Part shown: piece by piece, positions 1-11,207 of the stretch
Layout of the letters: each line of letters starts with the position of its first letter
How positions within the stretch are numbered: the first letter of the stretch is position 1
Assembly (NCBI GenBank): GCA_963736875.1
Contig: CAVTQH010000002.1
Location: 400,663-441,639 of the forward strand
Length of the DNA stretch: 40,977 bases
Direction of reading: 5' to 3'
Origin: Candidatus Amesbacteria bacterium
Lineage (GTDB): Bacteria; Patescibacteriota; Microgenomatia; CAZETR01; Amesbacteraceae
Translations under genes and position numbers: made by a program
The notes under the pieces: generated by a model
Databases searched by the model: none
The model's input: the letters and a program-made list of their open reading frames with translations, nothing else
Told to the model about the DNA's origin: nothing

Positions 1-998
1 AACCCAGAATAATTAGAACTGTCAATATTTTTACCACCTTTAACCCGGGATTATTTCTTTGGAATAATAACCACATCAGAAAAAAGGGAAAAGTCGGAAA
101 CAGATACCAAAACTGGAGTTTAAATAAAGTCACGGGGATCAGGCTCATCATCCAGATTAATAACCAGGGATATGAAGCTGTCTTTTTCTTAATATCATCA
201 ATAATTATTACCAGAGTCCCCAAAAGAGAGATGTACTGACAATATTTTATTCATAAAAATATTGTTATAAAAATATAAAAATGTGGCCGGTATTTTTGCC
301 AGGATTGAAAGCATATCCTGTCTGACCGTATCCTGGTTGTAACCGATCATTCTGGTGATAAATATTCCCGGAGGATGTCTCAGATCAAAAATTACAAACG
401 GCATTATTGCTGAGGCCATACCCAGACAAACCCACAAATTTCGTTTCCAGATAATCCAGAGACCTAACGGAATAATTGCCAGATAATGGTGATGGGTAGT
501 CAGTCCCAACGCCAGGCCGGACAAAAACAGCCACCACGGTTTCTTACTGCCGGATAAAATTAAACCCAAAAAGAACCAGACAAATATCAGGTTGGGATTC
601 CAGGCCCATCGGGACAGTTGCACGAATGGAAATCCGAATGCACCGATAACCACCGCCGCCCATAACATTTTCGGACTGAATATTCTTATACACCAAATAA
701 ATAATCCGGATGTGACCAAGCCCCAAAATACCGCACCGATCGCCGGTCCCAGCGGATCAAAATTAAACACTCACCGCAAACGGCAGCATCATATAGTAGG
801 TAATGAACTGTTAGCATGACTTCTGTCTTCTGATATCGGTCCGATCAAAGTAAGTTTTCTTTTCTACCCAGATTTGATGCATATTAACCAAGTCACTGGA
901 CTCATCAAACAGAAAATGGCTGATTTGTCCAATCTGTATATCCTGACAAATACGGCTGCAGCAATAATTAGAATCGCTAGGATAATTCTTTTCTTCAT
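1..998 (-). CDS. GT-C fold membrane glycosyltransferase (ArnT/PMT_2-like), frameshifted, runs off the window edge
   Basis: ATG at 998 gives MKKRIILAILIIAAAVFVRIYRLD, then FDESSD and TLIGP motifs in shifted frames, then ORF 198..770 (SRWAWNPN, HHHY, FDLRH, multiple TM segments). ATGA overlap with the upstream gene. Confidence 0.75.
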
Positions 999-2571
999 AA
1001 TTCCACCACTCTCAGACTAATATAACCTCCGGCATCGTAAAAGTCTTTGACTTTAACCTCTCTTTCCTTCCTGATATGTTCAATCTCGGAATCCAGCAGT
1101 CTGTAAGTCTGGCCAACAAGTAAAACGTTTTTATGATACAGCTCATAATCTTCAATTTTTCGAAAAACAAATTTCCCGAACCGGTAACCGTAGTTTTCGG
1201 TGTGTTTTAAATCCCTTCTGGCTTCCTGTAAATATTTATCCGGCGGATACTTTCCGTAAAACAGAAAGAAAATATAGGGTGTCGCCTGTCCGGTATCTAC
1301 GACCACCTCGTTGTAATTATTCGACTTTTCCATTACATAGGGCACCATTTCTTCAAACCCGGGTTGGAATTCTCCGAAAGTTTCGTAAGGGGCATATATC
1401 CCGATGGTGAGTATTGTATACAGAGCCGATAAAATAAAAATCCCTCCGAACCCGATTATTACCGGCATTCTGATTTTTTTAAGTGAACTTAATTATTTGC
1501 ATTCCTCCCAAGGCTGCCACTATGGCAAAAACCGGATATAAGGAAAGCGTCCGTACTTCCGAAAACCAGTTCCAGGTAATCACTCCCGGCAGGGGAGTGA
1601 TCAGAAGCAGCACCCAAAGCAGTTTGTTTATATTCAGCCTCTTAAAAAGATTAATAAGTCCGGCTATCCACAACGGAAATAGTTCCAGCGGCAGAAGCCC
1701 CAGAGTCGGAATTCTTAATATCGGTTCATTGGATCCCCTGACAAAAATTGTTACCGGGGAAAAATAAGCCAGGAATTGCCCCACCCCCTGCCAGACCAGA
1801 GCATAAAAAGGGGAAAATATCAGCCGGGGAAAATCGGAAGGTACAAAAGGCCAGAGTTTGAAAATAATTGTCGAAGCCAGACGGCTGCCGGCCGGCTCAG
1901 TCAAAAAACTGATGATTAAAGGTATCAGTAATAATCCGGCAGGGATAAAATCCCTTAATCTGACTTTTTGCTGAAATATATAATGTCAGAGCCAGGAGAG
2001 TCGGAATGGCTATTGCCCGCTGGGCATGATAGGCGTACATGGAGACCACAAAAAGAATTGCCGATACGGTATAAGCCCGGTGATTCTTAAGTGACATTAC
2101 AAATACGGCAATTGCCAGAAAGTAAATTGCCACTCCCAAATTGGCTTCAAAAGCTATCCGCGAAAAATGGATGGCCCATGGACTGACGGCCACAAACAGT
2201 CCTGCCAAAATTCCCGGCCTGATATTTCCCGTCAGTTTGGAGGTGATGTATAAAACCGAAAATACCAGAATGGTTCCGGATAAAACCGATGTTAACCTGA
2301 CAGACAATTCCCCCGGAGATAATACCGCTGTCGGGATTACGGACAGGTAGCTGTAGAGTGCGGGTTTGTAATCATCAAACGATCGCAAAGACACCGGAAA
2401 CGCTTTACCGAATTCGTCCTTTCCGGTTTTCAGAAGCGAATAGGCGTTATATCCGACTGCCGCTTCATCCCAGTTCACCGTCGCCGGTGCTTCTGTCACC
2501 CGCCAGATTCTGACCGCAAAAGCCACTCCGATAATTAATGCCAGAAAAAATAATAATTTAATTTTTTTCAT
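995..2571 (-). CDS. ArnT/PMT-family (GT83/GT39-like) glycosyltransferase, 2 frameshifts
   Basis: ORFs 1897..2571, 1479..1904 and 995..1468 join into one protein: NWDEAAVGYNAYSLLKTGKDEFG, YKPALY, SPWAIHFSRIAFE, and C-terminal PYIFFLFY..YPP..Y, as in the intact paralogs at 29826 and 31445. Confidence 0.85.
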
Positions 2572-4112
2572 TTAATTTTGACAGCCCACACGTAATCCCC
2601 GTTTCCGAAACTCACGGTATCTCTGATTTTTGCCGATTCCAGAAGTTCCCAACCCCGGGGTAATTCACTTGCCCTGAATTCATTTTTGTTATCAACTGCC
2701 CGGTTTCCCAGAAATTCACCCGGCAAACCCACATACACCCCCGTAGTTGCCGGTTTTTCAAAATGGTCAAATTTTACTCCGCTGATTTTCATCCCCGCCT
2801 CCGCTCCCTGCCAAAACTGTTTCGGGGATATTTTTGCCATCCATCCGTAATATAAAAAAGACCTTCCTAAAATTGTAGTCACCTGGCTGGCTTTATATTT
2901 GGCTGCCATTTGCGCCATTACCGAATATACCAGCGGCCGGTTATCCCGCCATACTTCTTCGTGGTACAGAAAGTGATAAAAGGAGGGGACAACGGAAACC
3001 AGAAGAAGCACGGCTATAGCTATCTTACCCCAAAGCTTTATTCTGCTTATAAGCCATGAAATCATTAAAAGGGAGGCCACAAAAAATCCGATGCCGTTTA
3101 CCAGCCAGTCACCGGATTTTCCTGAAATCATGGACAAAATTCCCCATGCACCGAATACTGTAACGGTAAACTTCAATTCCCGGCTGATATTTTTCCGAAA
3201 ATATACCGCAATTAATATCAGCGGTATTTGCCAGAAAAACATCCACGGCAGGGATTTGCTTCCCCATAAATTTCTGGCAACGGTTGCGTCTCCCTGTCCG
3301 GGGAAAGCCATTTTTTCAAAAGAAAATAAACTTACGATTTTTTGTCCCGCTTCCCGCAGGGCAAAATACGGTTTGTTATATACAAATCTTTTAATAAAAA
3401 GCGGAAGCGGTTCCCGGTATCGGTTTAATTTTGTTTCATTCTGTACCCGCTGGTTTACCTGGGCAGTCAGGTCCGAATCAACCGAAAGTGCCGTCCCGGC
3501 AGCGTTTTGCTGCCAATAGATTTGGGCTGCCGTAAACCAGGCGTAAATAACCACTGCCAGCAAAACCAAGCCCATTCTGAAATCTTTTTTCAATAATTTC
3601 ACTCCTGCAAAAACTGCGGCAAATATCCAACCCGGAAAGCTGGTCAAAGAGAGCCACAGATTTAAAAATCCCAGCCAAATTATTTTCTTCTTCTCGTCCC
3701 GATACTTTAATTCTATAGAAATTACTGCAGTTACCAGAAAAAGCGTGACGGCGGCGGGGAAATCAGACATCAGGACCCAGACAACCCCCAGACAGGTGAC
3801 AGCCAATATTCCGAATCCGGCCGGTGCCAATAAAGTAATGACAGCAAGCCATGCCAGGCTGAATACCAGATTGGGAAACCGAAACCAGAATAAATTTGTA
3901 GGGATTTGCCAGGTTACCAGACTTAAGATTGCCGTCGGGACGGGAAACGGCAGTTCCCGGGCGAAGTTGGCAGGTAGGGTGACAGCCGAATACTTGCTCC
4001 AGCCGGCGTACGAAAGCAGTAATTCATCTTCACCCGGAGGAAAACCTGCCAGTAAAAATATGATAATAATCACGATTGCGGCACCTGCAAAATACCACCA
4101 CTTTTTCCCCAT
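2568..4112 (-). CDS. Divergent ArnT-like polytopic membrane protein
   Basis: 514 aa, many TM helices, GEDE after TM1, RFPNL, FVYNKP and a soluble C-terminal domain resembling the neighbouring paralogs. Confidence 0.6.
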   Translation of the reverse strand: MGKKWWYFAGAAIVIIIIFLLAGFPPGEDELLLSYAGWSKYSAVTLPANFARELPFPVPTAILSLVTWQIPTNLFWFRFPNLVFSLAWLAVITLLAPAGFGILAVTCLGVVWVLMSDFPAAVTLFLVTAVISIELKYRDEKKKIIWLGFLNLWLSLTSFPGWIFAAVFAGVKLLKKDFRMGLVLLAVVIYAWFTAAQIYWQQNAAGTALSVDSDLTAQVNQRVQNETKLNRYREPLPLFIKRFVYNKPYFALREAGQKIVSLFSFEKMAFPGQGDATVARNLWGSKSLPWMFFWQIPLILIAVYFRKNISRELKFTVTVFGAWGILSMISGKSGDWLVNGIGFFVASLLMISWLISRIKLWGKIAIAVLLLVSVVPSFYHFLYHEEVWRDNRPLVYSVMAQMAAKYKASQVTTILGRSFLYYGWMAKISPKQFWQGAEAGMKISGVKFDHFEKPATTGVYVGLPGEFLGNRAVDNKNEFRASELPRGWELLESAKIRDTVSFGNGDYVWAVKIK

Positions 4113-4116
4113 GCCC

Positions 4117-4143
4117 CGATTTTAGTGTAAAATCGATTTTAGT
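4117..4143. promoter_or_regulatory. Divergent promoter region with nested inverted and direct repeats
   Basis: CGATTTTA-gtg-TAAAATCG (4117-4135), perfect palindrome TAAAATCGATTTTA (4128-4141), TAAAAT on both strands, between divergent ATGs at 4112 and 4147. Confidence 0.6.
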
Positions 4144-4146
4144 ACC

Positions 4147-5031
4147 ATGTTATCGGTAGTTATCACAGCCTGGAACGAGGCGGAGAATTTACCCCGGGTA
4201 GTCAAATCCGTTATGGATTTGGCCGACGAAATTGTGGTTATTGATACCGGAAGTACGGATGATACGGTTGCAGTAGCCAACAAGCTGGGTTGTCACGTCT
4301 ATCATCACAAAAATACCGGCATTGTCGAGCCGGTCCGCAATTTCTCCATTTCCAAGGCCAAAGGCGACTGGGTTTTGCTTCTGGATGCCGACGAAGAAGT
4401 CTCCTCTTCTTTAGCCAAAGCTATAAGTCAGGCGATAGAAACCGATTCTGCCGATTATTACCGCCTGCCGCGTAAAAATATAATTTTCGGCAAATGGATC
4501 AAGAGTTCCCATTGGTGGCCGGATTATGTCTACCGCTTGTTTAAAAAGGGTTTCATTGTCTGGGGGCAGGCTATTCACAGTGTTCCGGTTACCCGCGGCC
4601 GCGGAGCGGATTTCCCTCCCGATTCCGATCATGCCCTGGTTCATCATCATTATTCTTCAGTCTTTCAGTATGTTGACCGGATCAATCGTTATACGGACCA
4701 TCAACTGCAGTTGCTGATTGATCAGCCTGTCAAATTTACCTGGCCGATGCTTCTTACCAAACCGGGTGAGGAATTTATCCGCCAGTTTTTTGCGAGACAT
4801 GGTTACAAAGACGGGGTTCATGGCTTGGGACTGGCCGGTTTACAGGCATTTTCAGAGTTGGTCCTGTATTTAAAGCTTTGGCAGGTTTCGGGATTTCCGG
4901 AAGAACAGGTTTCTCTTTCGGGATTTAACAAAACTACGACGTCATTATTTAAACAATTGCGCTGGTGGATATATGAACAAAAAGGTCCGGTCTACAAAAT
5001 TTGGCGCAAAATAAAGACGTTTATCATATGA
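4147..5031 (+). CDS. GT2 glycosyltransferase (KdtX/beta-1,4-glucosyltransferase-like)
   Basis: LSVVITAWNE, VVIDTGSTDDT, RN...KGDWVLLLDADE, WPDYVYRLF, IH, DGVHGL. Confidence 0.9.
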   Translation: MLSVVITAWNEAENLPRVVKSVMDLADEIVVIDTGSTDDTVAVANKLGCHVYHHKNTGIVEPVRNFSISKAKGDWVLLLDADEEVSSSLAKAISQAIETDSADYYRLPRKNIIFGKWIKSSHWWPDYVYRLFKKGFIVWGQAIHSVPVTRGRGADFPPDSDHALVHHHYSSVFQYVDRINRYTDHQLQLLIDQPVKFTWPMLLTKPGEEFIRQFFARHGYKDGVHGLGLAGLQAFSELVLYLKLWQVSGFPEEQVSLSGFNKTTTSLFKQLRWWIYEQKGPVYKIWRKIKTFII

Positions 5032-5936
5032 AGGTAGCGGTTATCGTCTTAAGCTATAACAGCGCCGGTTACATTTCCGATTGTCTGACATCACTTCTTA
5101 AATTGGCTTTGGGGGATACCCAGCTGCAGATCATTGTTGTAGACAATGCTTCCACGGATGATTCGGTCAATCTGGTTACCGCCAAATTCCCCGCGGTTAC
5201 CGTAATTCCCAATCCCCAGAATGTCGGATATGCCGAAGGCAACAACGTCGGTATCCGCCAGGCTCTGGCGGACAACGCTGACTTTATCTGGATTATTAAT
5301 CCCGATGTGACCGTCGAACATGAGGCTTTGTCGGAATTGATGCTGGCTACCTCAAAATATCCCGCCGCCGGGATTTTCGGTTCCAAAATTTATTTTGCTC
5401 CGGGTTTTGAATTTCATAAAGACCGCTATTCCAAAAAGGATTTGGGCCATGTTATCTGGTACGCCGGCGGCCAGGTCGACTGGGATAATGTCCAGGCGGT
5501 TCACCGGGGGGTCGATCAGGTAGATACCGGCCAGTACAATCGTGATATTGAGGTGGATTTTGTAACCGGTGCATCAATGTTTATCCGCCGCCGGGTATTC
5601 GAATCTACCGGTCTGATCGATCCGGTTTATTTCCTGTATTTTGAAGAAAATGATTTTTGCCAGCGGGCTTCCAAAAACGGCTGGAAGCTGATGTATGTGG
5701 CTAAAAGTATCTGTTGGCATGCCAACGCCCAGGCCACAGGTATAGGATCCTCTCTTCAGGACTATTACACTACCAGAAACCGGTTGTTATTCGGTACGCG
5801 CCATGCGTCTGCCTATACCAAATTGCTTTTACTTAAAGAATCAATCGGAATGTATTTTCACGGACGCCCCTGGCAGCGCCGGGGGGTCATCGACTTTTAT
5901 ACCCATAAATTGGGAGCCGGTTCTTACCAGCCATAA
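5028..5936 (+). CDS. GT2 glycosyltransferase (WbbL/rhamnosyltransferase-like)
   Basis: Start re-called at ATG 5028 (ATGA overlap). VIVLSYN, VVDNASTDDS, NVGYAEGNNVG, INPD, VTGASM, YFLYFEENDFC, YYTTRNRL. Confidence 0.9.
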   Translation: MKVAVIVLSYNSAGYISDCLTSLLKLALGDTQLQIIVVDNASTDDSVNLVTAKFPAVTVIPNPQNVGYAEGNNVGIRQALADNADFIWIINPDVTVEHEALSELMLATSKYPAAGIFGSKIYFAPGFEFHKDRYSKKDLGHVIWYAGGQVDWDNVQAVHRGVDQVDTGQYNRDIEVDFVTGASMFIRRRVFESTGLIDPVYFLYFEENDFCQRASKNGWKLMYVAKSICWHANAQATGIGSSLQDYYTTRNRLLFGTRHASAYTKLLLLKESIGMYFHGRPWQRRGVIDFYTHKLGAGSYQP

Positions 5937-5942
5937 CCATTC

Positions 5943-6698
5943 ATGCTCTCAGCCGTTATCATCGCCAAAAATGAAGAAAAAATGATCGGGGATTGTCTCA
6001 AATCCCTGCAGTTTGCAGACGAGGTAATTGTTGCGGATTCAGGCAGTACCGATAGGACCGATTTTATTGCCAGGCAGGCCGGAGCAAAAATTGTCACTAC
6101 CAAAGGGACGGATTATTCGCAGTTTCGGAATGCTCCCTTAAAAACTGTCAAAGGAGACTGGATTTTGTATGTCGATGCCGATGAGCGGGTCACCCCGCTT
6201 TTGCGAAAAGAGATCAGCAGCCTGATGTCTCAAACTCCTAACGGAGTCGGAGCCTGGGCAATTCCCCGGCGAAATATTTATTTAGGCAAGTGGATGCATT
6301 ACGGAGGTTGGGGTAATGATTACGTCATCCGCCTGTTTAAAAAGAATTGTCTGAAAAAATGGCAGTATCCCCTGCATGAGCAGCCGGTGTTTACGGGAAA
6401 TCTCCAAAAACTAAAGGGTGAGTTGGTACATTTTTCCCATCGGGATCTGTCTTCGATGGTGCAAAAGACTCTGGAGTTTACCGCTTACGAAGCCCGTTTA
6501 CGTTTTGAAGCCGGACATCCGCCCATGACCTGGTGGCGGTTTTTCCGGGTGATGCTGACCGAATTCTGGCATCGTTTCGTCAGGCTGTCAGCCGGCAGAG
6601 ACGGGATTGAGGGAATTATTGATGGAATTTTTCAGGTTTTTAATACTTTCATTATTTACGCCCGGTTGTGGGAAATGCAGCGTTCAAATGTCAAATAA
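5943..6698 (+). CDS. GT2 glycosyltransferase (KdtX-like)
   Basis: LSAVIIAKNEE, DSGSTDRT, RN...GDWILYVDADER, RLF, LHE, DGIEG. Confidence 0.9.
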   Translation: MLSAVIIAKNEEKMIGDCLKSLQFADEVIVADSGSTDRTDFIARQAGAKIVTTKGTDYSQFRNAPLKTVKGDWILYVDADERVTPLLRKEISSLMSQTPNGVGAWAIPRRNIYLGKWMHYGGWGNDYVIRLFKKNCLKKWQYPLHEQPVFTGNLQKLKGELVHFSHRDLSSMVQKTLEFTAYEARLRFEAGHPPMTWWRFFRVMLTEFWHRFVRLSAGRDGIEGIIDGIFQVFNTFIIYARLWEMQRSNVK

Positions 6699-7740
6699 AG
6701 CCCTAATCTACAATCCGTTTTGGGATACTTTTGGCGGGGGAGAGCGTTATACGGCCACTTTTACCAAAATGCTTCTGGATCACGGTTGGTCCGCGGATAT
6801 TCTTTGGCCGGAAAATATCTCTTCTCAGATCAAGAATCGTTTTGGACTCGATCTTTCCGGTGCCAAATGGCTGCCGGAAAAATTCTCTCCATTCTCAACT
6901 ATCAATTATCAATTAGTTTTCTGGCTCTCTGACGGTTCTATACCGGTTTCGCTGGCCAAAAAAACTCTTATTCATCTCCAGTTTCCCTTTACCGGAATCG
7001 GTGGTCATGCTCCGCAAAATTTCTTAAAATCCCGTTTTTATAAATTTGTGGTTAATTCGGGATTTACCAAAAGTTATATTGACCGGGAATTTCAGGTCCG
7101 AAGCCAAATTCTTTACCCGCCGGTGGATGTGACGGCGTTTGTTCCCGGTAAGAAAGTGCACCAAATTCTGTATGTTGGCCGTTTTTCCAATCTCACCCAA
7201 AGAAAAGGTCAGGAAATATTAATCCGGGCCTTTTCCGGTATATCAAAAAAACTGCCGGGTTGGAAACTGGTTCTGGCCGGAGGCACAGCCGTCGGGACCG
7301 GTAGAAACGATTTGATAAAACTCAAACGCCAAATAGGTAAATTACCGGTAGAAATAATTACCGATCCGGATTTGCCGACTTTGAAAAAATTATATGCCCA
7401 AAGCCAAATCTTCTGGTCAGCCAGCGGTTTCGGGGTGGATGAGGATTCTGATCCCACCGCCGTGGAACATTTCGGAATCACGGTCGTCGAAGCCATGGCT
7501 GCCGGCTGTACCCCGATAGTTACCCGTCTCGGCGGCCATAAAGAAATTGTCACCCAGGGTGTGGACGGATTTTTATTTGATAAACTCTCGGAATTATCTG
7601 ATTACACTCTTCATTTAACCTCCAACCGGGACCTTTGGCAGCAAATCTCCCGGGCAGCAGTTGCCAAGAGTAAAATGTTTAGTGTAGAAAGGTTTAATGA
7701 AAAAGCTTTGGCTCTGGTTAGCTCTGGGACTGATACTTAA
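6688..7740 (+). CDS. GT4 (GT-B) glycosyltransferase
   Basis: Probable start ATG 6688 (MSNKALIYNPFWDTFGGGERY). NSGFTK, YPPVD, VGRF, KG, EHFGITVVEAMAAG (EX7E), GGHKEIV. Confidence 0.9.
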   Translation: MSNKALIYNPFWDTFGGGERYTATFTKMLLDHGWSADILWPENISSQIKNRFGLDLSGAKWLPEKFSPFSTINYQLVFWLSDGSIPVSLAKKTLIHLQFPFTGIGGHAPQNFLKSRFYKFVVNSGFTKSYIDREFQVRSQILYPPVDVTAFVPGKKVHQILYVGRFSNLTQRKGQEILIRAFSGISKKLPGWKLVLAGGTAVGTGRNDLIKLKRQIGKLPVEIITDPDLPTLKKLYAQSQIFWSASGFGVDEDSDPTAVEHFGITVVEAMAAGCTPIVTRLGGHKEIVTQGVDGFLFDKLSELSDYTLHLTSNRDLWQQISRAAVAKSKMFSVERFNEKALALVSSGTDT

Positions 7741-8878
7741 ACTGGTTCTGATTCCGGCTGCGCTGCATCCGGATTTCCGGGCAGTTAATCTGGCCGGATA
7801 TTTTATTGCTCAAAAAGGTCAAATATTCTCCTTTTACGACACTTTAAGCCGCCTGCCGCGTACCGACCGCCTGGTTACTCTGTACGGTGACAATTTGTTT
7901 ATTTATCCGCCGCTTTCATATCTGACTCATGCCGTATTTAACAAGCTGTTTTACCCGGTTTACCCCCAAACCGCTTTTTGGACGCTTATTGATGACATCG
8001 GCCGACTGCGTTCGACTGCCGGTTTCATACCCCTGATGTACTGGCTCAAACTGCCTTATTTATTGGCCGATATATTTTGTCTTTATCTTTTATTTCGCTA
8101 TTTACCCAAAACTCATCACTCAAAACTAATTTGGTTATGGTGGTTTAACCCGGTAGTCATCTATACCTGTTATTTAATCGGCCAGTTTGATATTTTCGTA
8201 GCTTTATTTATTCTTCTGGCCTTAATTTATTCGGGAAAGAAATCATGGCTTTCGGCCGTATTTCTGGGAATCGGTGCCGGTTTCAAACCCTTCCCCCTGT
8301 TTCTTCTGCCTTTTCTTCCGGGAAACAAGTTGAAAAATCTGGCATTCGGAGTCGGTACTTATTTTTTACTGATCGCTCCCTATCTGCATTCTCCGGCTTT
8401 CAAACAGTATGCTCTTCTGGCCAGCCAGTCGGACAAAATGTTTTATGCCAAAATAATGATTTCCGGCTCGCAATATCTGCCGGTATTTCTAATCGGCCTG
8501 ATTTTGCTTTATTGGTGGAATTATTATCATCCTCAAAAATTTCCGGTTTGGGCTTGGCTGTCTGCACCTTTGCTGCTCTTTTATTCCGTTACCCATTTTC
8601 ACCCCCAATGGTTTATTTGGATCATGCCCCTCTTGGTGGCGGGAGTAGCTGCCCGGATTAGCCTGGTTTGGCCTTATGCCGTATTGCTGATCAGTTATTT
8701 TGTTATCGTTCTGTTATTTGAACCATCGCTTAATTTCGGTCTTTTTGGTTCCGCTTTTTGGCTTAATCCGCTTGTAAACCGTTTTATTTCGGTTGATTTA
8801 CTGTCTTCGATCGCCAGAGCAATCCTGGCCGGTTCTGCCGTAGCGGTTATCGTGCCGGAAACCGGAAAAAATGGGTAG
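7697..8878 (+). CDS. GT-C membrane glycosyltransferase (GT87/PIG-M-like), HPD type
   Basis: 393 aa polytopic protein with HPD, YPPL, LKLPYLLAD, WFNP, GQFDI, K.FP and HFHPQW. Paralog of 20523..21734. Confidence 0.7.
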   Translation: MKKLWLWLALGLILKLVLIPAALHPDFRAVNLAGYFIAQKGQIFSFYDTLSRLPRTDRLVTLYGDNLFIYPPLSYLTHAVFNKLFYPVYPQTAFWTLIDDIGRLRSTAGFIPLMYWLKLPYLLADIFCLYLLFRYLPKTHHSKLIWLWWFNPVVIYTCYLIGQFDIFVALFILLALIYSGKKSWLSAVFLGIGAGFKPFPLFLLPFLPGNKLKNLAFGVGTYFLLIAPYLHSPAFKQYALLASQSDKMFYAKIMISGSQYLPVFLIGLILLYWWNYYHPQKFPVWAWLSAPLLLFYSVTHFHPQWFIWIMPLLVAGVAARISLVWPYAVLLISYFVIVLLFEPSLNFGLFGSAFWLNPLVNRFISVDLLSSIARAILAGSAVAVIVPETGKNG

Positions 8879-11207
8879 GATAAAAAGATATTCCTGGCTG
8901 ATTTTCATTTTTTGTTTAAGCTGTATCCTGCTTTTCCCCGTCATTCGCGGCCGGGTACCGCTGCCTCTGGATGCGCTGACCGGATCATACTACCCCTGGC
9001 TTGACTACAAATGGGGGTACAGTGTAGGTGTTCCGGTAAAAAATGCCAGTCTTTCGGATGTCTTTTCCCAGCTTTATGTCTGGCGCAGCCATGCCGTTGA
9101 TCAGATTCGGACGGGTATTTTCCCGCTTTGGAATCCGCATTCATACTCGGGTATGCCGCTTCTGGCCAATTGGCAATCTGCAGTGTTATATCCGTTAAAT
9201 TTATTGATGCTGGTTTTCGGAAACCTGACAGGCTGGACCCTATTGGTATTTCTGCAATTACTTTTAAGCCAGGTGTTTATGTATCTTTTTTTAAGAACCA
9301 TCAACCGGTCGAAAATCGCCTGCCTGACAGGTTCTGTAATTTTTTGCCTCTCCGGTTATATGATGACAAATCTGGAATATGTTACGGTTGGTCATACTTT
9401 TTTGTGGCTACCGGCGGGTCTTCTGATTTTGAACCGTTATCTGACCGCTGGTAAAACAAGGTATTTACTGTATTTGCCGTTTATTATTTATCTTCAAACT
9501 ACAGCCGGCGCAGTTTATCCGCTGGTTTATTCCTGCTTTATCTTTGGAGCCTACCTGATTTATCTGAAATTATACGATAGGTATAAATTACCACTGCTAA
9601 GGCCGATATTATTTCTCATTCTGGGCTTTTTCTTCTCAGCGATTCAGATTATTCCGACAGCAGAATTAGCCGCTCGGTCAATCCGGTTTACTGATCCAAA
9701 TATTATAGAGCATGGTTTTGGTTTACTTCCATTGAAATACCTGTCCACATTAATATCTCCTGATATTTTCGGCAATCCGGGAACCAACAACTTCAGAGGT
9801 TTTTTGGGATATCAGGAAACCTCCGGTTATTTCAGCTTAACCGGTTTAGCAGTGCTGATAGTCAGTTTACCCTGGCTACTCAGAATTAAATACGGTCGTT
9901 TTTGGACTATTTTGGCAATTTTATTTTTAGGTTTTGGCATTCGCCAATCCCATCTCCAGCCTGATATATGATTTTCATCTTCCGCTGATTTCTTCCTGGT
10001 ACGCTTCACGGTCTTTACTGCCTTTCACTTTTGTCATGTCGATAATCGTTTCGATTGCGTTGAACGGTCTTACCAAAATCAAATTCAGGTACTGGGTTCT
10101 AACTATTTTCCTGATAGCCTATGGTTATTTGCGGTCTGGCTTATTGCTTTAGAAGTGACACTGTTTCATTGCGGAATCTGATTCTGCCGGGAATTCTTCT
10201 GGGCATTCTGACATTCGGGTTTGCTGATTTTAAAAAAATCAAAAACCCGGCTGATATTTCTTTTATTGATTATTTCAGCTGACCTCGGGCGCTATTACTT
10301 CAAATTTATCCCTTTTTCTCCATCACATCTTGATTTTCCCGCCACACCGGTAATTGAATATTTAAAATCGAATAATAATAATTTCCGGATTGACCGGGAA
10401 AAGGGTCCGGTCTTTCCGCCTAACAGTCTGGTTGCCTACAGTCTCTCCACTCCTTCAGGTTACGACCCCATGACTTTATACAATAATGCAATTTTCTATG
10501 ATTCTTTTTATAACCTGAATCCCGATTCGGCCCTCGGGGATAAACCCGCCATCACCCGTTACAGCGAACTGACTTCCTATTTATCCCCGGGTTTGGATTT
10601 ATACGGAGTTAAATATCTGGTAGCCTTAAAACGCGATGAAAAAGGTCAGATTCGTCCGTGGGGAGAAATCAATCAACCGGAATTATTAAATCCGAAATTC
10701 CGCCCGGTATTTACCGACGGTGCTACGGTGGTGCTGGAAAATACCCGGGTACTTCCCAGAGCAGTGTTGTATACAGACTATTTAGTCGAACCTGATCCGG
10801 ATAAAACCCTGACACTATTAAAATCCGGTTATGATTTTTATCACAGGGTAATAGTTAACCAAAATCCCGGAAATATTTCCCCGCAACCGGGTTTACCGTC
10901 TGCAGCAGTGATCACAAAATATACCGGAAATCTTGTGGAAATCCTGACGCAAACAAAATATCCCGCCATTTTGGTTCTGACTGACACCATGTATCCGGGT
11001 TGGCAGGTATTTATTGACGGCCGCCGGACAAATCTGTTTTCGGCTTTTACTGTTTTTCGGGGGACAACTATTCCTGCCGGAAATCATCAGGTCACCTTTA
11101 AATATCTGCCGCTTTCCTTCCTGACCGGTCTGGGTATTACTTTGTTGACGTTAACGCTGATCTTTTTGTTATCAACCGGAATTGGGTTAAAATCAAAAAG
11201 CCAATGA
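8871..11207 (+). CDS. YfhO-family membrane protein (GT-C), frameshifted
   Basis: N-terminal D...QLY.W, PLWNPHSYSGMPLLAN.QSAVLYPLN. C-terminal GYDP, ENTRVLPRA, LVLTDTMYPGWQVFIDG, IPAGNHQVTFKYLP. Split over ORFs 8871..9971, 9934..10152 and 10221..11207. Confidence 0.85.

Noticed and set aside
3091-4125. Antisense and alternative-frame ORFs (e.g. 3091..3519, 3745..4125, 8245..8661, 13969..14415, 30716..31087)
   Set aside because: They overlap well-supported genes and have no recognisable motifs, so they are shadow ORFs.
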